Assembly: GCF_008831285.2 (NCBI RefSeq)
Contig: NC_045138.2
Span: 3,410,001 to 3,474,000 of the forward strand
DNA: 64,000 nt
Origin: Nymphaea colorata
Lineage: Eukaryota
Direction of reading: 5' to 3'
In this document: positions 1 to 11,890 of the stretch, piece after piece
Layout: each line of letters starts with the position of its first letter
Numbering within the stretch: the first letter of the stretch is position 1
Notes under the pieces: generated by a model
Databases searched by the model: none
Seen by the model: only the letters and a program-made list of their open reading frames with translations
Told to the model about the DNA's origin: nothing
Program-made: the position numbers and the translations under genes

Positions 1-940
1 AGTCTGCCACACCTCTCCCTGCGCGCTGAAAGGACCCAAAGTCGACAGCGCTCCCATCGCCGGACATGGTGTCTTCATCTTCTCTCTGGTGGGCAGACCC
101 ACGAAGGATGAGATTCCTGCTTGACGATAGGAGGAGGGCGCGACTTGTTCACCCCCTCCTCCAAGCGATAGCATGGGAGCTCCGGTGGAGATTCTTGGCG
201 TCGGGTCTGCTACATACACCGGTAACAAAGCTCCAGCAGGAACACCTTCCCTCGGGATGTGTCTGGCTTTTTTTGCAGCAGGAAATGCCTGGTAGCTTTG
301 TGTGTTAATTTGTGTCTGCTGCAGGAACAAGCATAGAATTTCTTTGATCTCATCTTTGAACTCATTCTTGAATTCAAGGAGCCTTTCGTCCATTCTCTTG
401 CTTGCAGCAACAAGGTCTCGCCTGATGTGGGCGATCTCAATCCATGTTTTGCCAAAGTCTGTTGTACGTTTTCTTGATTTTTCTCTTCACACTGCATGAT
501 TTTTGCAGGATTTTTTTCATTTACATTGGATGCAAACTCTGCAACTTGTTTTCCTGTAGCAGTAGAGCCTTTTGCCTTTTCCTTTTCCTTTGCTTCTTTT
601 GTATCCATGGCACAATAGGGCAGGGACGAGCCTCGCTCTGATACTAATTTGATGCAATAAAAATTAAGATTAAGAAATCCTAATCCAACTTCATCCACAA
701 CTAAACTAAGACTAAACTAAAACTAAACTTAAACTAACTAAAAACTCAAGCAAAGATCAAACGAACAAGAAGAACAGAAAACTTGCATTTCATTTCTTTT
801 CCACTGATTGACTGCAAAATGATCCAATGCCCCCTTATATAGAGAAAGGGATGGACTGCGGATCTGGATCCATTTACAAATACTAAAAATTCTAATGGGG
901 TCCAATTACAAAATTTTGGTTATGCTTTCATCTTGCATCA
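1..940 (-). mobile_element. 5' end of an LTR retrotransposon (Ty3/gypsy, probably CRM-clade chromovirus) inserted in an SGS3 intron; continues beyond the left edge
   Basis: 291-bp LTR at 650-940 with inverted termini TGATGCAA...TTGCATCA and a minus-strand TATA (TCTCTATATAAGGGG, ~831-845). Immediately inside is a tRNA-Met PBS on minus, TAGTATCAGAGC (635-646; canonical TGGTATCAGAGC). An ATG at 608 then opens a charged gag-like ORF (MDTKEAKEKEKAKGS...) that stops at 210, probably frameshifted. TGATG/CATCA termini plus a Met PBS are typical of CRM elements; the clade call is inference. Confidence 0.8.
650..940 (-). repeat. 5' LTR of the retrotransposon
   Basis: 8-bp terminal inverted repeat TGATGCAA/TTGCATCA, adjacent PBS, internal TATA and (CTAAA)n-like repeats. 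Confidence 0.8.
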
Positions 941-1048
941 AGAAGGGTCTAGGAAAGGAGGTTCTTGCTACATGAATTTTTTCAGCATATTTTGAAGAGC
1001 ATTTTCTGTGGCGTGGCCTGATATGAAGTTATAAATGTTTGAGACAAA

Positions 1049-1482
1049 TAGGGCTGCTCAACGAGTCGAGCTAACTAGCACTCAACTCGAATTCGCTCAA
1101 TAAACTAGACTCGCGCTCGACTCGTTTAATAAACGAGTTGAGTTTAAGTGAAGAATGAACTCGACCACATAAACGAGTTGAGCTCAAGTTAAGCAAGCTC
1201 GGGTCGGTTAAACTCGAGTAAGCTCAAAACAGAAAATACATAACACAAAAGTTAGATGGTTCACATGGGTATGCACGCAACTGTGGGGTTCAATGTTGAA
1301 ATCACAATTTCGCCTCTTTCTTTAAAAACTCAATTTGATATTGAAATGCTCGATTTGGCTCGAGCCTAATCGACCCAAGTTGAAGTTTTAAGAGCTTGAG
1401 CCGAATCAAGTTCGAGCTAATGAAGTCGAACTCGGCTCAAGCTTGAGCCGACCTTGAGTTTTTCTGAAGATACTCGAGCCGA
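1049..1482. mobile_element. hAT-type MITE, CTCGAG/CGAGC-repeat family (right end truncated)
   Basis: Begins TAGGGCTGCTCAACGAGTCGAGC; dense AACTCG/CGAGTT/CTCGAG motifs shared with copies at 13335, 24823, 33262 and ~38575. Confidence 0.65.
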
Positions 1483-2011
1483 TTGTATTTACAAGAAGAA
1501 ACAAAATGATGTTCAAAATTCCTTGGAAAGAACTCCTCAAATCGATCAACCAAATCAACCTACAACTACAAGATTTGAAAGAGTAGCAAACTTCCTAGCA
1601 AATTCATCTCTATGCTTCCCTCTCTCCTCGGTTAAGGTTCCTTATAAATAACCAGCCTCAACTAAGCTAGAAAATGCTTCTCTCCCTTATGCAACCAAGT
1701 ACTAGAAGTTGTTGGGACAAAGATAAAATTGATAATGAAATTCTCCTACTTAACCCAACTCTCTCCGACAAGTTAGTTGGCTATCCAATGTAGTTGAGCA
1801 CCAGTAGGTCTGACAATGGACATGCACTACTTAGTGCAAGCTAGTTCCAACACGTGCACCTATATCAATTAATATTTAGGTAGTTCTCATACCACACGGT
1901 GCACCAAAAAGCTGACTAACGGGGAAATTTTTTCTTTCATTGTCTTCTTTAAATTTGATTGCAAAACAGAGATTCTAATTGGGAGCGGATCCAAATTTGA
2001 GACACTCAACA
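1483..2011. mobile_element. possible degenerate LTR remnant
   Basis: Abruptly interrupts the MITE; starts TGT, ends ...GACACTCAACA, contains TATAAATA. No second copy or PBS seen. Confidence 0.25.
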
Positions 2012-2446
2012 TAAAGAATTCCATATTTTTTGGAGACTTTCTTATCTCTCAAAAATGCAAGAAAAGACAAAAGGTTTCCCTTTTGTCTATAGAAATAGAA
2101 TATGGAGACTCATTGGCCAGTACGATGGAGATTGTTTGGTTGAGCCAGTTCCTGAAACATATGCACATTTATGTGAAGGAGCTCACAAAACTACGTTTTG
2201 ATAACAAAAGCACCATCAGTAATGCTTGCAAGTTGCAAGCATATGCTACCTAAATGCATCGAACACATTAGGATGGATCCTCATTGTGTCAAAAGAGAAT
2301 TTAAAAACGTTGATCTGCCGTATGTCAATTCAGTATTATGCTGGCAAACTTTTCACCAAGGCTATGCACCCAGATCTTAGTTCCTTCTTAGCAAACTCTT
2401 GGTGTTAGCACCACAAGCTTGAGGGCTGTCAAAACATACATATATC

Positions 2447-2818
2447 CTATGTCATATAGGTACGAGTATGGGTGCTGGTAAGGGGTGCCGGTTCAAACAA
2501 ACAAATAACACTTCATGATTCAAAATTTATAGATTCTAAAGAAGAAACTATTGAACAAAACATGAAAACGCAGCTCCGTATGCATTTACTGGATACAAAT
2601 GATGTAATAAAAAAAACTGAAACCCTAAATTTTGGAAAGGAAAGGACTGGTCAACTTTGACCGAATCCTAAATCGGATGGATACGGTCCCGTGTACATTG
2701 ACCCTATCCAATACTGTTTGACCGGTAACCCAAGCCATACTCAGGACAGTACCAGTACCAGTGTCTTACCTAACCAGTAAGAGTATGCTGCCTTTACAGC
2801 AGTACCCGTGTGACAATG
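2447..2818. mobile_element. hAT-type MITE with near-perfect 8-bp TSD
   Basis: Imperfect TIRs CTATGTCATATAGGTAC / GTACCCGTGTGACAATG; flanks CATATATC (2439-2446) and CATATATT (2819-2826); related copy near 39500-39850. Confidence 0.6.
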
Positions 2819-4795
2819 CATATATTATATAGCTTTTATGTAAGTACAATCATAAAAATTATACATATGCATATACTTAGGTATATTTTTATGTATCCAT
2901 CAAGAATGTCGTTTGTCCAAGGCTAAACTGCCAGTTTGGGCATCTCCAACAGCTCTCTAAACATAGCCATTTGAAACAGCAATGAAACAACAAAAATACT
3001 ATTATCGACAACATAAAAAATATTCCACTGAATATTTTTATTTCAGTCCCTTGTAATAGCAGAGGTTGTGAAAGTGCACCAAATGTAACCTACGCATTTG
3101 ATTAAGTATGGGTTAGGACTTAGGAATTTAGCCTAGGTGCGTCTACAAGGTTTCCATGGGACTTAAAAAATCAGGAGCCTGCAATATCACAAAATTTTCG
3201 ACAAAGAGTAACTACGTTAGGAAAAACACAATAAAATGTAAAGGGATTAATCTATGGGACATGGTTGTGGATGTGAGCATTATTTGGGAAATATCATCAT
3301 ATTAAAGCTTGAAACCACAAAGAAAAAATACAATATCATGTCATTTCAAATTTTCAATACTACTCATGGTGAAAGTACAACAATGATCCCACATGGATGC
3401 ATGGATTATAAAGACCTTAGGTTATGTTCATGAACATAAACGTGATGTTCCATAACATCATGGTGGTGATTCAGAATTCTTTTAGTTTAGAACCTACGGT
3501 ATTGAAGCAATAGTGTGTGTTCTTATTCTTAATTATATCTAGCTTCTTTTCTTTCCCATTTTCTCGTTCCTTGTCCTCTTAGTAAAACCTAGAATGGTCA
3601 AACAATATATCCAAAGAACAGGAACCCCCACTGATCTCTGACCAAAACATTGGAACTTTTACCTCAAACATCCCATTGTTTATTAGCTAGCTGGATAGAG
3701 TATCTGAACAAAATTAGGACAGAACCACCATCTACTGTCACCTACACTTAACTTTGATTTATGGAAAAACAGTTTTTCCCCAGACCTATCAGTGTTGAAA
3801 AGCTTTAGGACCAGTAAGAAAGCAAGGTCCACCAGAAAGTCTATCAGGCTCTTTCCAGTTACAAATGAAATACATGTGCCAGTTGACCATGTGGGTCCAA
3901 CGTTCACCTGTCCACATAAAGATCGGCATCATCTGTTGAAGATGGTAAATTCTACATGATCAAAGCTCTGCCACAAGTGAACAAGCAGGAATACACATAT
4001 ACACATGTACGTACACACAAGCACACACAGAGAAGCTTTCTAAGGGCAACTTACTTAAAGAAGTCAGATGAACTTGAAACAGGCTTTACAAGCATAAAAG
4101 AGACATTGTGCACCTCAGCTTTCAACAGAATCAACTCAATCCTACTCATGTCACAAACACAATCCATAGTGATGGAATCAAAATAATTCTTAAGACATGA
4201 CAGTGTCTGCAGTCTTTCCAGTTTACTTGTAGAAAAAAACTTCGCATGCTGCAGACCACCCAAAAGCAGTCTCTATTACTCATGCATCTTCTTATGACAC
4301 ACAATATATGCCCTAAAAGCATGTCTACAATTAAAAATACTTACAGCAGACCAATTTATTTATTCATTTTCTTCTACCAATTCACCATAAAGGCATAAAC
4401 TCAATTTCTCTAAGCAATTTGATTTTTTTATCATGGAAAACAAAAGAAGAGGGCAAAAGAGAGCATGAATCAACATTTCTCATTAATTCACTGCACTAGA
4501 TATACATATATTAAACATAAGCAGGGAAACAAAAGGAAGAATTGGTTAGTGAGACATATTTCAAATCCACTGGCTTTAAGATGTACAAAGTCTATATCTT
4601 TAATAAACTTCCCATTTCATTAAAAAAGGAAAGAAATTCTATAGAAGGCAAAGAAGAAAAAGAGGAAAGGAACATTTAATAATGCAGCATTCCGAGTCAA
4701 TTGGCAATGTAAATTGCTCCACGCCAACACCTATGGTGGGCAAGTAACAAAAATATTATTTGAGCATTCATGGAAGTGCTGAAGATAAAGAGTAC

Positions 4796-5854
4796 CTTAT
4801 CATCATCATCTTTATCGAGCCATGTGTTTTGAATAATAACCATAGGCGGCCAAACAATTTCATGATCAACTGATTGCTCTTTTAGTCCTTTCCACTTTGC
4901 AAACGTTTCACCAGCTGTAATTACTGAGGTTCCCCTCTTGGCTAACTCCTTCTCCAAGAGGTCAGCAAGTTTCCGGTGCAGCTTCACCCTTTGAGTCCCT
5001 TTTGTCTTAGCATGAGTCACGAGAGGCTGCATGCCCTTATACCAATCAATGGCTCCAGGTCCACCCTGGCATGCAGGGCAGTGCCACTGCCTTGAAGGTT
5101 CATTTATCTGTTCAGCTGTCAAAGACTCCAAAGATTTAAAAAATTTCTTGAACCACTTACTCTGCTTGATATTCTCATCATCCATTTCGTTATCATTAGA
5201 ATCAGATTCTTCATCACTTAACAAGTCATAGTCACTGTCATCAAACTCTGCATCATCTTCTTCAGAACTCGCATTTGAATATGCCCCTGTGTCAGGTTGA
5301 GAATCACCTATTTGGTCCAGTTGCTCCTGAGGATGGAGCCCAACATTGTCAACTGCTACAGAAGCTATGGTAGAATTAGCTGTTGGAATGCCTTGAGTTT
5401 CTCTCTTAGCCCACTGCCACCCATTCTGTAGAGGAGGAGGAATACTAGGGGATGGAGCCATGTAACTGGATTGCCAATTGCTTCCTGAATTGGATATATG
5501 TGCCTTAACATTCCCCCTACCAGCTTGTTTAACAGAATCCACCGGCTGGTTCTGCCAATTGTACCCAGCCCTTTGCGTGGTGTCATACTGTGCCCCAGTT
5601 TTTCCTGTGGCTGCAGCAGTTGTAGCTGTTTGCCTCTGTCCTCGTCTAGGCTTCCTATACACCTCCCACTCATGATTCTGAGAATCATTGCCAAGATCAG
5701 CCATACTGCCACTCAACTGATCAACATTAGTCCCATCACCAGCTGCACCAGGTCCAGGTGATTTAGGCTGGGAACTTGGAAACTTTGGTTTTGAGGAAGA
5801 TGAAAGAACCTTTCCCACAGCCTTTCTATTGTTTTCTCTATATGCCCCTTGCAT
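4796..5854 (-). CDS. SGS3: SUPPRESSOR OF GENE SILENCING 3, first coding exon (N-terminal low-complexity region, zf-XS, start of XS domain); remaining exons outside window to the left
   Basis: Translation contains PPPLQNGWQW, an acidic tract, SKWFKKFF, RQWHCPACQGGPGAIDWYKG..PL..HAKTKG..RVKLHR..A.LL (zf-XS) and DHEIVWPPMVIIQNT.L.KDDDDK (XS start). GT donor at 4795-4794 (AAG|GTACT). AG acceptor at 5892-5891 upstream of the ATG. No continuation exon (W.GMGN...) found in 1-4795. Confidence 0.95.
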
Positions 5855-6504
5855 GGTTTTCTTTCAAGAGATGAAAAGCATAAAACAGACCTACAAAAGA
5901 CAATGAACATTTTAAGGATCAACAGAAAAAATGCATAAAACAGCCCTACAAAATAATGAAATATTGTAAGGATCAAATAGTGAAGCTACATGAAGGTCAG
6001 CATGATTTCATGAATTACTGTAGAATCTTTGTTTCCCTTCATATCTAATCAGTGTGCAACAACACCAAACAAATTATAGAACTAGAATTCACATGAGACA
6101 TAATGCAGATATTTTACGCACATTCGGAAGTTTCATACTTGAAGTTACCTTTATTGAAGCAGATGCTCAGCGAACAATATTCAAAATTATGTAACGGTTA
6201 TATACGTTGAAAGGCAAAAATGATTGCTTAAATTTCACATTTATAAATTTACCAGCCCAGGAACCAGTACCTAACCCCCTGCTTAGGAAGCCTTTTTTTA
6301 GTCCTCTAGTTAGAAAAACAAGCCATCTCAAAGCATTCTAACTACCAAAAGAAAATAAAAAACACAAAAAGAAAAGAGAGAGGGAGAGAGAGAAGGGCGT
6401 ATAGATTCAACATTGCAAGGCAAACCAGAAGTTGGCAAAGTTAGAACACCAGCACATTGTGGCCACCAAACAAAGAAAAACCACTACCATTACAAGGATA
6501 ACCA

Positions 6505-6723
6505 TCAGCCATTTGATGGCTGAGCCCTAGAGATCCTGCTGCTATAAACAACAGAAACATCAAAGAGGACACCCCACCGAAGTCTATGAACGTTGAGTGA
6601 AGCTCCCCTGAAGAAGATGTCATTCCTAGCTAACCCAACCGTCCTCCATGTTGCAAGTAACCAACACCTCCATAATAGATGTGTCTTCTTGAAACAACGA
6701 AAGTCTTCAGGCCCTATAAACAC
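6505..6723 (-). mobile_element. LINE (L1) ORF2 C-terminal fragment in the SGS3 5'UTR intron
   Basis: Translation LLATWRTVGLARNDIFFRG resembles the W.IW..RN..IF.G motif that follows zf-RVT in plant L1 ORF2. Confidence 0.5.
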
Positions 6724-8457
6724 ATCCCTAATAACTGAAACTATTTCTCACCACCAATCCTGGTGATCCCCAAGTGCTGAGAGAGAGAGAGACTGGCACA
6801 AACAAGGAATCAGCATGACAAGATTACAACCTATTAGAAGTTACTGAATATACAGTCAATTGTGTTCCAAACAAATTAAAGCAAAGAAGACCTAAAACCA
6901 GCTCACATGAAACAAGAACGGGAAGACGAAGAAGAGAGACAAAGAGAAGATTTGACATTATTGCTTTCCCACTAGAATTTTAAAAAAAAAAAAAAGGTTG
7001 AGAGTTGAGAATATGCCTATCTTCATTCCATCGCACTTAAACATCGATACAAAAGTAAGTATAATTGTGAACTTAAAGGATGCCTCGTGCTTATTATGTA
7101 TCATTTGGACTATAAAATGCTTTGTTTTCTTGTTTTTCTGGCTGTTATGCTTGTCTAAGGGCCATCCCTTTCGAACACAAGAGGACAGTGTTGTCTTCCA
7201 CCGTAACATAACCATTCAATGACCGCATAAACACGCCCTTCGATTGAGTTCACTGCTTAAATTCTATAAAGAAAGGAACAAAGTAAAAAAATGTAAATTT
7301 ATCAGCACATAAAATTTTAATAACAAGATAAATCCACACGTTCCTGCCAAAATCGGATTCTCAGTGACCCATGCGAAACGCACTAGAGGCTCATGAGATG
7401 GGGATGAGTGCCGGCCCGCGGTCGGCCTCATCAAAATCACAAGAAAATATGGTCTCCTCGATGGGCCAATACCCATTAAAAAAGGGAAGCACATCGAGCA
7501 AGTGAACCTTGAAGGGTAGTGTAGTCTTTTCTCGCCAGATAAGAAAAAAGGCAAGGATAAAATAAATCAGCTCGACAAGGCCCCCAATAGGCCCATTACT
7601 GAACCATCAGGTGGCCGTGCAAATGACGAGAGAGAAGGGGAAGATAACCATACCCTTGTTGGGTGCCTAAAAGGTGTACAGAGAAACTGGTTTAAGGACA
7701 AGAACGTCGTCGCTAAGCATCTCGCAAACGAAATAATAGTTCATTCGACACGAAAAAAGCAAAACGAAGAAATAAGAATAAACAGTCGTAACATCATCTG
7801 CTGCTCTGCATAAAAAACATCCATCTATCAGGTACTGGGCATTTAAACTCTAATTGCGGTTTCGATCAAAGTTATGCTTCTATCGTATACAAAATAATCC
7901 GAGATAGGAAACAAGCTGTCCAGAGCACATGTACTTCACAAATTTTTAACGCGACATTCTGGAAAAGGTAAAAGGAAAAACGGGAACAAACAGAGATACA
8001 CGCGGAACAAGAAAACCAGAAGACCGTTGAGAAAAATCTAATCTAACGGAAATTCAGGAGAGCACACCAGAGCGACTAATAGGAAATGCATGAGAATTGA
8101 GATCGACCAGAAGAAGAAGCGCACTAAAACGCTTGTCAAGGTTTTCAAAAAGGACCCACAATCAAACCATAGCACTCGAACCATCGTAAACAAAAGCAAG
8201 AAAACTCATGAAGCAACCGGCGCAACGACCAGCTCCAACAACGAATCTCCATAGACTCGATCTCACTGCAACGGAGAAACTCGGAATGAAATGGGTATTC
8301 CCGCACCCAAACAATCATGACTCGTCTAATCCTGTGATTAAGACACTTCCCGCCAAAATCAAGAATTCACAAAGACAAATAGAAGAAAAATAAAGAGACG
8401 GCATCAATCCACGAGTGGAAAGAATGTGAAGAAAGAATATATGCAGAAAATACAAAC

Positions 8458-8560
8458 CCTCGGCCACGCTTCGGCGGGAACCGTCGTTCCTCGCTCTTGC
8501 CAGCAGCGAAAAGAGAGTGCGAGAGAGAGAGAGTGTGTGGGGAAGCAAAAATAGACGGTG
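8458..8560 (-). other. SGS3: probable non-coding 5'UTR exon 1 of SGS3
   Basis: CT-repeat leader on minus (GA repeat 8511-8533) and candidate donor AGG|GTTTGT at 8457. The T-rich minus-strand intron runs to the acceptor at 5891. Confidence 0.5.
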
Positions 8561-8911
8561 TGATCCCCGCGACACTTATGGGACGAAGTTGGCAGTGGTC
8601 AGTACGTGTGACATAATGACCGAAACGCCCATTCTCAGTGTTCTGCCCATGCCTCGACTCCTTTTCCCGGTGATGATACCTTTCAACTTCCGGTGTGACA
8701 TAAACGTCCACAATATTTTGGTCTTGCAGTGTATTCACAAGCATAATGTGGGATTATTTCCTTCGTTTTTATATTATATCACAAAAATAACTATAAAATC
8801 GTGAACAGCAATGTGTGTGTGTGTGTGCGCGCGCGCGTATATTCAAGTGAAATTAATAAAATTAATCTTAAAATATGACATCATTTTCAAGCTTTTTTCT
8901 TTCATACTCAT

Positions 8912-8944
<33 letters not shown>

Positions 8945-9863
8945 ATGGCTAGTTTTAGTTTCATCCAGCATGTGATTCATCATAACGGGCGATTAATTGA
9001 AAAACAACGGAAAAAATCATTATTTTCATCGTTTATTATTAATTCATGCTTTTTTTTTATTTTTTTATCAATCATTTATATGCTGCGCTTCAGATATGTG
9101 GTTCTGACTAAAGGGTTTGGTGACTTTTTGAATGGTTAAAATTATCATTCACTTACTTACTCATATATATATATATATATATATTAGAGTCATGATACTT
9201 TAAACTTTAAAATAACGTTTATAAAATAATACAGAAAAAATGTAATGTACTTTTAAAGAAATAACTGATTATACCAACTTGGAAATGAGATTGGTTGATA
9301 ACAATTGTCAATATGCGTGTCAAAAGGTGAATAGTTTTACTATAATTGGTGCAAATAATATTATAATAGGCTTTCTGGAATAGGCATTTTGTTTCAGTTT
9401 TTTCTTCTCCTTCTTAAAATGAATAGCCAAACCAAAAATTTGAAACTATTTAATGTAAATTTATTAGCTCGGCTCCTATTTTAAGTCCTATTATATAGTT
9501 TTGAATACACTCAACATAGTCTGTCATGCTATGAATATTGATTGGACATGAAAATAAAATAAATGTAGAAAGATTTGAGCCTGAAAAGATGAAGGCTACA
9601 ACATGTATATCATAACTTTAAATAAAAAATAATTTTTTTACATGCATTGAATTCAGCGTATGTTAATAACACCACATTTAATCATATGTTTATATCATAT
9701 GGTAATTAATCTCAAACAAATATTTTTGTACAATTCTAAGCTTGTTTACTTGTTTTTTAAGACAATATATCTCCTCGATACACCTGCTAATCAAATGTAA
9801 GCATCTTGTTCATATGGTAAGCATGATTAATGTCTTTAGCCTTGCGTTAATGTTTCCTGTAAA

Positions 9864-10050
9864 TAGAGGCAGAGGAGGAGCTGGCAGGGGCCATGGGCAT
9901 CGCCTCTCAATTTAGGAAAAAAATAAATGATGCATATATTTTTGAAAATTTGTTATTTGGCGTACGTAAAAATTATAAAAAAAGAAAAAATATTTTTTTT
10001 TTGAAAATATTATCCAATCACCTTAAAAAAATATGGCCTTGCGCCTGCCC
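9864..10050. mobile_element. short AT-rich MITE-like element with GC-rich ends
   Basis: GC-rich termini (…GCAGGGGCCATGGGC / GGCCTTGCGCCTGCC) around an A/T core; similar architecture at 10340 and 11716. Confidence 0.35.
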
Positions 10051-10339
10051 GTAAAGATCATAAATGCACCGAAACCAATTTGACATGAATTTGACGGTAC
10101 CATGTGTGGACCTTTGATAATTTTTAATATATTAAAAGTTTTTAGATGTAAGTTCATGGTTTAATTCTTTGTAGAAATTTTCATTAGCAAATCAACTAAT
10201 TAAAAATTGGCCGTTGATCGGCAGATTAACCTACTGATTAAATTCCCCAGGCCAGTTTTTACAATATTGTGTGGTGGCTCAGAGACTTTTCAGCTGAATC
10301 ACTTGAGCCGGAATAGTGGCTACACATACCAATATGAAG

Positions 10340-10536
10340 CAGGGGGGCTGAGCTAGGATTTTTTTTCTTTCAAAGAGTGGGTCAAACTGTCCAATCCCAG
10401 ATTCGAGTAGGCCAAACTGAATTTAATTTAAAAAATACATTACACAATTAAACTTTTTTAATTTTTCAATGTATTTTTGTTTTCAATTAGTTGGGGTTGG
10501 GTCATAGCCTAAGGTGCCTCCCTCCCTCCACCCATG
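10340..10536. mobile_element. short MITE (CAGGGG..GAGCTAG family)
   Basis: Start CAGGGGGGCTGAGCTAGGATTTTT, GTGGGTCAAA motif, AT core, end GGGGTTGGGTCATAGCC...CCCTCCACCCATG; similar to 11716-11890. Confidence 0.45.
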
Positions 10537-11715
10537 AATATGAGTGCCCAACGCTCATAGCAGTCCAATCTGAGTTGATTTGGTTTAATGGCATCCACAA
10601 CTGTGAATGGTGGCGCAAGTGATGATCGATTGCTTTGTTTTAATGACATTTAGACTTATTCTCAAGGAAAGTCTTCTTTTATTTAAATTTTGTATAAAGG
10701 TAGATAGACCCTTGGATGAATAGCACTATTCTAAAGCTTCATAGTTACGGCTTGTCGACGATTTATTGTGGGATTTGTGGAAACCCTCGATGCTGCACAA
10801 ATAAAATAACCTTGAAAAGTCAGTAGGTTATTATTGAGTGTATAAAAAAAGATAAATGGTTGAAAAAAAAAAACAAAGAAAAAAATATAAATTAGTATTA
10901 AATAACGATAGTGTTAATCATTTTTTTTGTTTTTATTTATTTTTAACCGTTTATTATGTTGGCCAGACAGTCTTGATTAGACTGCTGGACAATTCTAAAA
11001 CTAAACCATTATTCAATATATATATATAGTGTTAAAATTTGTAACAAAAAAAAAACTGAAAAGCACAAAAAAACAAGTACAGTCACGATTTTAACATACA
11101 AGTTTTGGATATGTCATTACTTCCCATGAGAGGGAGAGAGATTCTGTGAAACAAGAGGGCGTCATCCGTAATTTCACAAGTGAGATTGAAGGGAAATGCT
11201 GGGGGTGGCGCGGTCGTAATAGTATAGATTTCATATTGGGCAAAGTGGAAAAGAGACGGAGGGGAGACGGGCCGTACAGGTGGGTCCGTGCGGACGGGAT
11301 CGTCCCATTTACTTGGTGCCCAAGGACGACGGAACGGCGGATTAAAAAGAAAAAAAAATCAAAAGTGGGACGCCGGCGAGTAGCCCTAGAGGCTTACTTA
11401 CTGAACCCAAATATGAGTTGAACTAACTTAAGATCAAACCTTTTCATGTATTCTTGTTGGATTTATTTCTGGGTCCGTCAGGAGCTGGATTGACAGTCAT
11501 TTTCAAAAACTGAATACCGAATCTATATTTGAATCGATACGCCGGGACCAGATCAACATTTGAACTAATATGCGGTTTTATATGGTAATATATTGGGCCA
11601 CATTTTGCATTTACTTTCTCAATTATCCTTCAATTAATACAAAAAGTTAATGGCAAACTACTTCAACTGCTTTCCTTTCCTTTGATATGTAGTAGAGAGA
11701 GTGGATATGGTACAT

Positions 11716-11890
11716 AGGGGTTGGAGCTAGAGCCAGAATTTTTTCATAAGGTGGGTCGAATTAAAGTTTTTAAATTTTGATTTCAAAATTTTTATATAGT
11801 ACAAGTTAAATTTTCTAAAATTTACATGTAAACTTTTTTTTTTTTAATTTTGAGGTGGGGCCAGGGCCCATGCGCCCCCCCCTTGGCACT
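11716..11890. mobile_element. short MITE (same family as 10340)
   Basis: AGGGGTTGGAGCTAG...AATTTTTT...GGTGGGTCGAA...AT core...GGTGGGGCCAGGGCCCATGCGCCCCCCCCTTGGC. Confidence 0.45.

Noticed and set aside
3683..3960. Possible next SGS3 exon or LINE fragment
   Set aside because: No XS-domain continuation (W.GMGN) in any minus frame; LINE similarity too weak to call
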